A stretch of 64,000 nucleotides of DNA from Candidatus Latescibacterota bacterium (GTDB lineage Bacteria; Latescibacterota; UBA2968; UBA8231), in NCBI GenBank assembly GCA_965219385.1, contig CBDCNM010000002.1, positions 1,730,936 through 1,794,935 of the forward strand. The letters run 5' to 3'. Under the pieces are notes generated by a model, which did no database searches, was not told the origin of the DNA, and saw only the letters and a program-made list of their open reading frames with translations. The position numbers were made by a program, and so were the translations under genes. The first letter of the stretch is position 1; every line of letters begins with the position of its first letter. This document shows, piece by piece, positions 28,895 through 37,888 of the stretch.

Positions 28895-29776
28895 AAAGAA
28901 AGCTCAAGGAGAAGAAGTGACATGAAAGGACGAAACGGATAGTACCAGAAAGGCCAAGAGGACAAGCGCCCGGTAGGTCGTCCCCGGAAGTACATCATGC
29001 CGAAACCAATCCCGGAATACGCCGGAGAACATCGCCCGTGCCTTGATGACCTCTCCACCGATAAAGCGCGAAGACCGGAAATACCTTCAGGAGCAGGAAG
29101 AGGAGTAGGGTGGCCTACTGTCAAAATGCTGCTCATTTGTGCAGATAAAAAGCTTGTCTACTCACATATACAATTCCCAATGGCAAGGAGGCCGAGGCAT
29201 GATCGACATCCACGTTGAAGCACGCGAGACCAAGTTGAGAGATGAACTGACGAGCTTTTTTACTGGTCTCGGCCCGGCTGTCGATATTGACAAGCGGGCG
29301 CAGGAGGAATCTGTCGCATATGTTCGCCGGGGAAGCCGCGCCCGGAACGCCCGCCGCTACAACACCGCCGATATCTCTCCCGAGCGGCACAAAGCCCCCG
29401 AAACGGCAGCCCGGAAGACTTGACCCAACTACCGAATATTGATTAGTGTACAGAGGACAAAAGGAAGAGATACCACCCGACGATCCCCGAGTCAAAATCG
29501 TCTCTACCGGCGAATTCCTAGCCCTGAAATCGGGTCAGAGACTGAAAGAGGTGATCGCCCGCTCCGGCAAGCTCAAAAAAGGGCGTGATTATCTAGTCGA
29601 ACAAAGCCAAGGCGCTATTTCTATCACCTTCACTAATGACATCCTGCGCGGAGGGGCCGTGCTGGCTGTGGTCGAGGTCAAGAATTAAGTCATTATGCAA
29701 AAGAATTGGTGAAGTGCCTTTCGATCCGTACAAGGCTATAAAAACCGCCGGAAAGACAAAAACAAAAACGAACAAC

Positions 29777-30105
29777 ATGACTTGGAATGCTGAATATACG
29801 AACGAGTTTGGCGAATGGTGGGATGCGCTTTCAGAGAGTAAACAGGACGACATTACCGCCACGATTGAGTTGCTCCAAGAGCATGGCCCTCACCTGCCGT
29901 ATCCCTATTCATCGGGTATAAAAGGTTCGAGCCACGGACATATGCGCGAGCTTAGGGTACAAAGCGGCGGTAGGCCGATCCGTGTCTTCTATGCCTTTGA
30001 TCCGAGACGGGCAACGACCGGTTTTACGAGCAGTACGTGCCGGTGGCTGACAAACTCTACGACGAGCATCTTGCAACCTTGCGAAAGGAAGGATTAATCC
30101 CATGA
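29777..30105 (+). pseudogene. RelE/ParE (Gp49-like) toxin with internal deletion and frameshift
   Basis: MRELRVQSGGRPIRVFYAFDPRR jumps to GNDRFYEQYVPVADKLYDEHL in another frame; the usual intervening ILLIGGDK-like segment is absent. Confidence 0.8.
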
Positions 30106-31304
30106 GCGGGCACCGTCCCTTTAATGAGTTGACCAAAGACTTCGCGCCGGAGCGTCGGCAGCGCATCGAGGCCAAGAAAGTCGAGTTGCGGACCGCCATG
30201 CCGCTGCACGAACTGAGGCAGGTGAGGACCATCGTTGATATCCTGCAGTGCGGTAACCTGGAGCTGTTCCACTCTTCCATGCTGGCATGGCTGCTCGACA
30301 GCAGGGGGGAACACGGAATGGAAACGAGAGTCTTGGCGAAATTAGCTGAGATCCTCAGTCGTCGGAAAGGATGGCCTCAACTCGAAGAGGCGCTAGCAAG
30401 GGGAGGCGGAGATGTGAGGACAGAGGTGAAACGAGGTAATCATAGATACGATATCTGGCTGGAGCTACCAGATACGAAGGTCGTATTCGAGAACAAGACA
30501 AAGACAGTCGGCAACGAGTCACAACTGGGATCCTATCAAAAAGACGAAGCCTTCGTTGTGGCGGTGGGACTCTGCACCGAATCCTTTGCGGACACCGTAG
30601 CCGAGCAGTACCCACTGATCACATATGAAGACGTGCTTGCGGCAATCAAAGCTGCGGCTGACGATGGGGTGGAAACGGGAGCCTTCGGTACCTTGGTGGA
30701 GCAGTATACCCGGTACTTGGAGCGAGAACTGGAAATTATTGAGTTGGTTCGCAACCTTATTCTGTGTCCGGAGGAGATTGACCGACAGTCTCTCGCTAAA
30801 AAGGTGGGTAGCCCTCTATACGGTGAGAATGATAGAAGATTCTGGAATCTGATTGTGCTCGAGCAGTGCCGACGGATCTTGAATAAACAGGTGATGTGGG
30901 TGAACACTGAGTGGTTGATGGACAAGAACATGCAGAGCGGAGTATGGCTTGCCGGGATTCCTTGTGACTTCGTGTTTAGTGGATCGTTACGGCAATGCGC
31001 GGAGGACTTTAGTGCCTCGCTGTGGTTCCACGCGGAACTCTATGGCGACGCTTTGATGGATCCAGATGTCGATAGGGTGGTTGGGATGCTACAACTACGA
31101 AGTAAGGTGGAGGACAAAAGGAACAAAGAGTTCGCTGAGCGGTTCCAGCAGCAGTACAAGGCAAGGGATAACAGTATCCTGGCTACCCGGATCAAATCAA
31201 GCGCGTCGACCTTTTATATTGTGGGGAGGCACCTCCAGGGGCGTGATTTGCCCGGCGAGGGGATTCCCAGGGCTCTCACTGAGTTCGCGCAGACGTTTCA
31301 GTAG
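30102..31304 (+). CDS. PD-(D/E)XK nuclease family protein in frame with the first 40 aa of an antitoxin
   Basis: MSGHRPFNELTKDF...AMPLHELRQ then, from GTG 30222, ELFHSSMLAWLLD..GEHG, RYDIWL, VFENK, QLGSY. Confidence 0.78.
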   Translation: MSGHRPFNELTKDFAPERRQRIEAKKVELRTAMPLHELRQVRTIVDILQCGNLELFHSSMLAWLLDSRGEHGMETRVLAKLAEILSRRKGWPQLEEALARGGGDVRTEVKRGNHRYDIWLELPDTKVVFENKTKTVGNESQLGSYQKDEAFVVAVGLCTESFADTVAEQYPLITYEDVLAAIKAAADDGVETGAFGTLVEQYTRYLERELEIIELVRNLILCPEEIDRQSLAKKVGSPLYGENDRRFWNLIVLEQCRRILNKQVMWVNTEWLMDKNMQSGVWLAGIPCDFVFSGSLRQCAEDFSASLWFHAELYGDALMDPDVDRVVGMLQLRSKVEDKRNKEFAERFQQQYKARDNSILATRIKSSASTFYIVGRHLQGRDLPGEGIPRALTEFAQTFQ

Positions 31305-31312
31305 CGACGCTG

Positions 31313-31345
31313 CGGACATGATTTGTCGCACTCCTGGGGTAGGTT
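31313..31345 (+). promoter_or_regulatory. WYL-box motif copy 5 (variant left arm)
   Basis: CGGAC-atgattt-GTCGC, 10 bp, TAGGTT; then AAGGAGG RBS and ATG. Confidence 0.68.
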
Positions 31346-31370
31346 CACCTGTTACTACAACTGAAGGAGG

Positions 31371-31784
31371 ATGTCCATGAAGGAAGAACAGCCCGCAGCC
31401 CAGCACGGCAGCCAGCGCTGGCTGCACTGTCCCAAGGTCATAAACGTGGCTATCGTCGAGGAACTTGGTCTCTGTCCCAGAGACCAGATCGAGTGGCTTT
31501 CGCCGTTGGAATCCGACGGCTTCGCCGAATACCGGAACGCCGAATTCCTGGAGCGCCTCGACAGCCGGCCACTCGAGGATTTCTGGCCTAGGAAGGGGCC
31601 GCAGTGGGACGGGCTGGGCCTTTTTCTCCGCAATCCACCGGAAATGGTGCACTCCCTTCCCTTAGCTACTGCAAGACCCCAGCCTGGGATAGGCTCGGAG
31701 AGGGGCTTATGCCCGCAGCAAGCGCCCTTGCAGCAACGTCTGCATGTCGCGCCAGGAATAGATAGTCCGTTAATGATGCCTTGA
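31371..31784 (+). pseudogene. Truncated conserved hypothetical gene
   Basis: GSQRWL, IEWLSPLESDGFAEYR and FWPRKGPQWDGLG, then unrelated-looking sequence. Confidence 0.5.
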
Positions 31785-32318
31785 CGGCCCTTTCACCAGA
31801 CCTTCGACGGCATACCTTTCACTACCTTATCTCAATCTATATCAACACGTTACGCAGATTTGGCGAAAGGGTGTAAGGTTTTCTGAAAATCTCCCTCCCT
31901 CAAGCGTCCAGGGGCCCATGCCCTGAAACGCGGTTTGATGAAATATAAAGGCCTCCGACTCGCCCCGGGATCCACTTCCACAAAGACTTTTGTTTCGCCA
32001 CGAATTATAGATATAATAATATCCATTGATTTTGATTTGATTGCTGCTCTCAGTGATCGGCAGCGTGGACTTGACGAACGTCAGCCTGCCCGTACACGCG
32101 CGGGTGTTTCTCAACAAATAGGGCAGATAAAGGGCGTTATGAAGAGTCGAGCGTTGTGCCGTCCGACCGGGGTGTCTTCAGGGCGAAGGCCAGGGTCTCG
32201 GCGTCGAGTACGCGCAACCGGCCAGCGGCCAGCGGCGGGCAAATCACCTAGCGGCAGCGCCTATACTGAGGCGAAGGATCCGCCACCCGGTGGAGCGTTG
32301 AATATCCGAGGATGAACC

Positions 32319-34907
32319 ATGCCACGGCAAGATAAGAAGACAAAAAGAGACATCGAGAGCTACGCGCACGCGGACAAGGAGCGCGTCAACAACCCGCCGG
32401 TCGGCCTGGTCACGCCGGAGACGGATGAGGACAGCGGCAAGAAGACCTACGCCTATGACCCTCATCTCGACCCGCAACTGCAATGGGCCGGCAAGGCGGA
32501 GCACACCTCGTTCGAGGTGCCGACCGTCTCGCTCCACGTCCACGAGCGCATTGACCCGCGCACCGTCATCGAGGCGGTGCGGAAGCGCAATGGCTCCGCC
32601 CAGCAGTTGTCCATGTTCGAGACGCTGGGGGAGAATCCACCCATCCGCCAAGCCATCGAGTTCTACAAGCATCGACACAACTGGACCAACCGCCTGATCG
32701 CCGGCGACAGCCTGCTGATCATGAACAGCTTGGTCGAGAAGGAGGGTCTCGGTGGGCAGGTGCAGATGGTCTACATCGACCCGCCCTACGGCATCCGCTA
32801 CGGCTCCAACTTCCAGCCCTTTGTCGACAAGCGAGAGGTGACCGACGGCAAGGACGAGGACCTGACCCAGGAGCCCGAGATGATCCGCGCCTTCCGGGAT
32901 ACCTGGGAGCTCGGCATCCACTCCTATCTCGCCTATTTGCGGGACCGCCTGCTACTCGCCCGTGAGCTGCTGCACGAGAGCGGAAGCTGTTTCGTGCAGA
33001 TCGGCGATGAGAACGTCCACCGCGCCGGCATGGTCATGGACGAGATCTTCGGCGCGGAGAATCGATTGGCGACCATTTCTTACGCGACGACCGGCGCGAG
33101 TTCTACAACGACCTTGCCGGAGGTGTCGGACTACTTGCTTTGGTACGCCAAAGACAAGGCGCGGGCGAAATACCGGCAGTTGTACGAACCACTCACGCGG
33201 GCCGAGGTCATCGAATCCTTCAGTTGGCACGTCATGGTCGAACTGCCGGATGGGCAATGCCGCAAGCCTACGCCGGAAGAGTGCTTTGACCCTGATGAAC
33301 ATCTGCCGGAAGGCGCGCGTATCTACCGACGCATGCCTCTTGATTCCCAGGGTGTCTCTACGACCGGTCGTTCCGAACCCTATGAATGGAAGGGGCGGGT
33401 CTACCGGTGCGGCAGTGATCGGCACTGGGCGATTTCAAATGAAGGGTTGGACAGGCTCGCAGAACTGGGCCGACTGGAGGCATTAGAGGGACAATCATCG
33501 CTGATGTGGAAGCGATATGAAGACGAAGTTCCCGGCCGCCGCATCAACAACATCTGGGCCGCGCCGATGTCGCCCACCGACAAACGCTACGTAGTCCAGA
33601 CCGCCAGCAAAGCGATCCAACGCTGCATATTGATGACCACCGATCCGGGCGATCTGGTATTCGATCCCACCTGCGGCAGCGGCACCACCGCCCACGTGGC
33701 CGAGCAATGGGGTCGCCGCTGGATCACCTGCGACACCTCGCGGGTGGCGGTCGCCATTGCCCGCCAGCGGCTGATGACCGCGAACTTCGACTACTACGAG
33801 CTGGCCCATCCCGACGAAGGCGTCGGCGCCGGTTTCCGCTACCGCAGCGTCGCCACCGTATCGGCGAGAACCCTGGGCTATGACGAGCCGCCCAACGAGA
33901 CCATGCTCTACGACCAGCCGGAACTCGACCGCCGGAAAGCGCGTGTAACCGGACCGTTTACCGTCGAAGCGGTCCCCGCGCCGGCGGTGAAACCCCTCGA
34001 CGAAATCGAAGATGCCGGAACGCAACCTGCCGACATATCCGTGGCGCGTACGGGGCCGACCTTGCGGCAAGCCGATTGGCGCGACGAACTGTTCAAAACA
34101 GGCATACGCGGCAAGGCGGGCCAGCGCATCTCCTTCGCCCGGTTGGAGCCACAGCCAGGCACGAGGTGGCTCCACGCGCTGGGGGAGACCCGCCCGGACG
34201 CTTCCGGTGCGGACAGAGTCCGGGATAGCGCCACGGCTTGGACTCCCGAGCAGATCGCCGTCTCCTTCGGGCCGGATCACGCGCCGATGGAGCAGCGGCA
34301 GGTGGCCCTCGCCATCGAAGAGGCGCAAACCCTCGTCCCCAAACCGAAGATCATCCTCTTCGCGGCTTTCCAGTTCGACCCCGAGGCGTCGAAGGACATC
34401 GACGAGACCAACTGGCCCGGCGTCACGCTGCTCAAAGCGCAGATGAACGCCGACTTGCTGACCGACGATCTCAAGAAGGAGCGCGCAAGCAACGAGAGCT
34501 TCTGGCTGATAGGACAGCCCGACGTAGAGCTTGAACCGGTCTTGGACGGCGACGATGAAGGCAAATTTCGTGTCACGGTCCGGGGATTCGACTACTACAA
34601 CACCAAGACCGGCAACGTGGAATCGGGCGGTGCCGACAGGATCGCCCTGTGGATGCTGGACCCCGACTATGACGGGCGCAGCCTGTTTCCCCGGCAGGTG
34701 TTCTTCCCGATGGCAGGGTCAAACGGCGGCTGGGCCAAGCTCGCCCGCAACCTCAGGGCCGAGATCGACGAAAGCCGGATCGAAGCCTATCGCGGCACCG
34801 TCTCCCTGCCGTTCGAGGCGGGAGAGCACCAGCGCATCGCCGTCAAGATCGTCGACGATCGCGGCATCGAGAGCCTGAAGATTGTGGAAATCTCTGCATT
34901 TACCTGA
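32319..34907 (+). CDS. Adenine-specific DNA methyltransferase, type III-like R-M Mod subunit
   Basis: VYIDPPYG (motif IV) precedes VFDPTCGSGTT (motif I), the beta-class order; C-terminal IAVKIVDDRGIE. Confidence 0.93.
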   Translation: MPRQDKKTKRDIESYAHADKERVNNPPVGLVTPETDEDSGKKTYAYDPHLDPQLQWAGKAEHTSFEVPTVSLHVHERIDPRTVIEAVRKRNGSAQQLSMFETLGENPPIRQAIEFYKHRHNWTNRLIAGDSLLIMNSLVEKEGLGGQVQMVYIDPPYGIRYGSNFQPFVDKREVTDGKDEDLTQEPEMIRAFRDTWELGIHSYLAYLRDRLLLARELLHESGSCFVQIGDENVHRAGMVMDEIFGAENRLATISYATTGASSTTTLPEVSDYLLWYAKDKARAKYRQLYEPLTRAEVIESFSWHVMVELPDGQCRKPTPEECFDPDEHLPEGARIYRRMPLDSQGVSTTGRSEPYEWKGRVYRCGSDRHWAISNEGLDRLAELGRLEALEGQSSLMWKRYEDEVPGRRINNIWAAPMSPTDKRYVVQTASKAIQRCILMTTDPGDLVFDPTCGSGTTAHVAEQWGRRWITCDTSRVAVAIARQRLMTANFDYYELAHPDEGVGAGFRYRSVATVSARTLGYDEPPNETMLYDQPELDRRKARVTGPFTVEAVPAPAVKPLDEIEDAGTQPADISVARTGPTLRQADWRDELFKTGIRGKAGQRISFARLEPQPGTRWLHALGETRPDASGADRVRDSATAWTPEQIAVSFGPDHAPMEQRQVALAIEEAQTLVPKPKIILFAAFQFDPEASKDIDETNWPGVTLLKAQMNADLLTDDLKKERASNESFWLIGQPDVELEPVLDGDDEGKFRVTVRGFDYYNTKTGNVESGGADRIALWMLDPDYDGRSLFPRQVFFPMAGSNGGWAKLARNLRAEIDESRIEAYRGTVSLPFEAGEHQRIAVKIVDDRGIESLKIVEISAFT

Positions 34908-34946
34908 AAGTCCTACCTAAAAGTCCATAACACGAGGACAGCCGAC

Positions 34947-36377
34947 ATGGAAGATACCGAAAGCCGGAAACCGCCTGTAACTTATCGATTCAAAAACATT
35001 GGACCCGTTAAGGATGCAGAGCTGGAATTGGGGGACCTCACGGTAATTGCTGGCCGCAACAACACCGGCAAGACGTACATCGCTTACACACTTTACGGCT
35101 TCCTGAAAACGTGGAAGGCTTGGCCTTATGCTAATGATTTTCTGATGGCCCAGTTTCAGGCTCAATTTCCAGACATACGTGGCGTTATCAAAAAAGTGAT
35201 CCGAGAAGGTCAAGCCGCGCTCCCCTTAGATCGGAACACGCTCGACCAGCAGCGAAAAATATTGATTGAAGAAGTGGCCAGTGCTTTCTCTCGACAAGCT
35301 CTGCCCGAAGTATTTAGCTCACAACACGACGATTTCGAAGAATCTTTCGTTTTGGTCGAATTCAACGCAGGTATCCGTATCGATACTCGCTCCATTAGAG
35401 AAGATTTCCCCGAAGGAGGCTCTCTTTCAATCGAATATGATGGAAACAATGTCTTCATAGCCATTAACAACGTTAAAAGCCAAGGTCGCATTCCCGATCT
35501 GGAATCCTATATCTCGTATCACTATTTTCTTTTTTTGCTGAGGGATTACTTTCCCGAACCGTTCATTCTGTCTGCCGAGCGCTTTGGTATTTCTCTCTTC
35601 TACAGGGAGCTCGATTTTACCAAAAACCAGTTGGTTGATTTGTTACAGAAGTTGGGCGACGACAAGAGTCGAGAGAGACTTTCTCCCTTTTTCCTCATAG
35701 ACAGGGCCACGAGCCGCTACGCTCTTCCTATAAAGGATAATATCGACTACACTAGGAGCATTCCGGATCTGCGGGGGGGAAAAAGCGAAATCTATAATGA
35801 CAAGCTGTTCGATAATATCAAGGACATGATGAGCGGTTACTACGGAAATTCTGGCGACGACATTCGATTCATATCGAAGGCGCGTGGAAAGGAACGCAGC
35901 TTCAACATACCATTGCACCTCGCTTCCTCTTCTGTTCGCGGCTTGTCTGACTTCTACTTCTTCCTGCGGCACGTTGCCAAGGACAATCACTTGCTTATCA
36001 TCGACGAGCCGGAGAGCCATCTCGACACTGCTAATCAGATCCAATTGGCACGCCTGTTGGCTCGATGCGTACGCGCCGGACTAAAGGTCCTCATCACGAC
36101 CCACAGCGACTACCTCATCAAAGAGATCAACAACCTCGTCATGCTGAGCAGACCATTCGCGGATAAGGACGCGGTTATCAAGAAGCTCAAGTATGGAGCG
36201 GACGATGCTCTGGAGCCGGAGTCGATTCGTGCGTACGTGGCAGAGAAAAACGGACTGACAAGGTGCGCCGTTGACCAGTTCGGCATTGATATGCCGGTGT
36301 TCGACAAGACTATCGACGAGATCAACATGGTGGCAAACGAGCTTTCATCGCGATTGTCCGAAGATTCGGAGGCATGA
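34947..36377 (+). CDS. ABC-type ATPase (AAA_15/AAA_21, AbiEii/RloA-like)
   Basis: FKNIGPV, AGRNNTGKT, LIIDEPESHL, ITTHSDY. Confidence 0.88.
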   Translation: MEDTESRKPPVTYRFKNIGPVKDAELELGDLTVIAGRNNTGKTYIAYTLYGFLKTWKAWPYANDFLMAQFQAQFPDIRGVIKKVIREGQAALPLDRNTLDQQRKILIEEVASAFSRQALPEVFSSQHDDFEESFVLVEFNAGIRIDTRSIREDFPEGGSLSIEYDGNNVFIAINNVKSQGRIPDLESYISYHYFLFLLRDYFPEPFILSAERFGISLFYRELDFTKNQLVDLLQKLGDDKSRERLSPFFLIDRATSRYALPIKDNIDYTRSIPDLRGGKSEIYNDKLFDNIKDMMSGYYGNSGDDIRFISKARGKERSFNIPLHLASSSVRGLSDFYFFLRHVAKDNHLLIIDEPESHLDTANQIQLARLLARCVRAGLKVLITTHSDYLIKEINNLVMLSRPFADKDAVIKKLKYGADDALEPESIRAYVAEKNGLTRCAVDQFGIDMPVFDKTIDEINMVANELSSRLSEDSEA

Positions 36378-36381
36378 AGTA

Positions 36382-36930
36382 GTGCTGTCTACACAACTCA
36401 AGGCAATTCTTACAGATAAAGCTCTGGTTTCACCCAAATCCGGTAGCAACATGATCCTAGGAGAGAAAAATGTGATGAAAGTCGAAGTCACCCAGATGCC
36501 CTCGGACGTTATCGCGGTAAACATGCGTATGGTAGGCCATTTACCAGGCGTAAAAGATGGCGAATTGAAGCAGATCTGTGACTATCTACTGGTTAGCAAA
36601 TTCGAAGGCATGGATCATGCCATATTTATTGAATTGAAAAAGACTTTGAGAGAAGACAAGAAGGGTATGAAGCAGCTACGGAGGTCGCTGCCGCTCCTGG
36701 AGTGCCTGCGCTCCGTCTGCCATATCCACTATGATGTGAAAACAAACAGACTAGCGCTGGCGGTACGGTACTTTCTTGTTGGAACGAAGAACCATGCGAG
36801 GATCGATAAACAGCGTGTGAAACCACAACTGGGCGTCGAAAAGGAGAATTACAAGGATATAGAGGTACACACGTATCTGGGAGAAAGAATTCGATTTGGT
36901 CTGTTGCTCAACGAGGAGATGGGCAAATGA
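36382..36930 (+). CDS. Hypothetical partner of the ABC ATPase, possible PD-(D/E)XK-like fold
   Basis: GTG at 36382; CDYLL...FIELKK...QL pattern; overlaps the next gene (ATGA). Confidence 0.6.
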   Translation: MLSTQLKAILTDKALVSPKSGSNMILGEKNVMKVEVTQMPSDVIAVNMRMVGHLPGVKDGELKQICDYLLVSKFEGMDHAIFIELKKTLREDKKGMKQLRRSLPLLECLRSVCHIHYDVKTNRLALAVRYFLVGTKNHARIDKQRVKPQLGVEKENYKDIEVHTYLGERIRFGLLLNEEMGK

Positions 36931-37739
36931 CTCGACCGCCTAAGTCCAAGGCAATAGAGCGTCTACGGAAAGTGCTCGATGCGATACCTGAATTGAAGCA
37001 AATGTGTCGAAACTCACCGGAGTTTAAGAGGTGGCAAAGGGACACGCGGGTAGCCATCACCAACACCTTCGGGAACGAATCACAGCATATTACAGATTTC
37101 GACAAGATCCATTTTTCTTTGACAGTAATTTCCAACCTAACGAATGATTCAAATTTCCAAGCAGCCTATGTGAACGGCTTGGAATCAGCGGCGTCAGTAC
37201 TCGAATCCATGATTGAGGAGATCAACGAGTATTGGGAAGATCAAAATCAGACGCCAATACCTTCTGGAGTCCACGAGAACGAACAGATAACTACCAATGA
37301 AATCTTTATCGTTCATGGCAGGGATGAAGAGGCCAAGCACATGGTGGTGAGATTCCTCGAAAGACTGGATCTGGAACCAGTAATTTTAGCTGAAAAGCCG
37401 GGAAAAGGTCGTACGATTATCGAGAAATTTGAGCAGCACGCCCAAGTCGGTTACGCGATTGTTTTGCTTACACCGGACGATGCCGGTTCGCTTCAGGGCG
37501 ATGAAAACGCCCCCAAGCCGCGAGCGAGGCAGAACGTGATTTTCGAGTTGGGGTTTTTCATCGGGCGCCTTGGCCGAGAGCGCGTCTGCGCCTTGACCAG
37601 GGGAGACGTGGAGATTCCATCGGACTACGCAGGGATTGAATACATTCCGTTTAACTCTAACGATTGGAAGTTGAGACTTATTCGGGAGTTAAAGAGCGGC
37701 GGCTTCGAGGTCGACGCGAACCGGGCATTTCGGACATGA
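36927..37739 (+). CDS. TIR-domain (CAP12/Pycsar-effector-like) nucleotide-binding protein
   Basis: IFIVHGRD, GRTIIEKFE, AIVLLTPDD, RARQNVIFELGFFIG, EIPSDYAGI. Confidence 0.9.
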   Translation: MTRPPKSKAIERLRKVLDAIPELKQMCRNSPEFKRWQRDTRVAITNTFGNESQHITDFDKIHFSLTVISNLTNDSNFQAAYVNGLESAASVLESMIEEINEYWEDQNQTPIPSGVHENEQITTNEIFIVHGRDEEAKHMVVRFLERLDLEPVILAEKPGKGRTIIEKFEQHAQVGYAIVLLTPDDAGSLQGDENAPKPRARQNVIFELGFFIGRLGRERVCALTRGDVEIPSDYAGIEYIPFNSNDWKLRLIRELKSGGFEVDANRAFRT

Positions 37740-37888
37740 ATGCACATATCGAGACTCCGCGAGACGGAATCGTCCTCGTGCATGCCTACTTCGAATTGAA
37801 CCTGGAACGCGAGTGGGAGGTGGTGCAACGAGACATACCCCGTCTCATCACCCTCATCGAGCCGCTGGTGCCGCCGGAGGCAGGGTAA
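37736..37888 (+). pseudogene. HepT/DUF86 HEPN toxin C-terminal remnant
   Basis: CGGAATCGTcCTCGTGCATGCCTAC reads RNRLVHAY (RxxxxH) if one base is removed, followed by WEVVQRDIPRL. Confidence 0.65.

Noticed and set aside
28920..29700. Small ORFs (RPVGRPRKY...PENIARALM; 29200-29423; 29446-29688)
   Set aside because: Interrupted or lacking starts; possibly mobile-element passenger debris, but no family can be supported.
31734..31766. TGTCGC followed by AT-rich sequence as another WYL box
   Set aside because: The left arm and spacer do not match the consensus and the hexamer at +10 is GATAGT.
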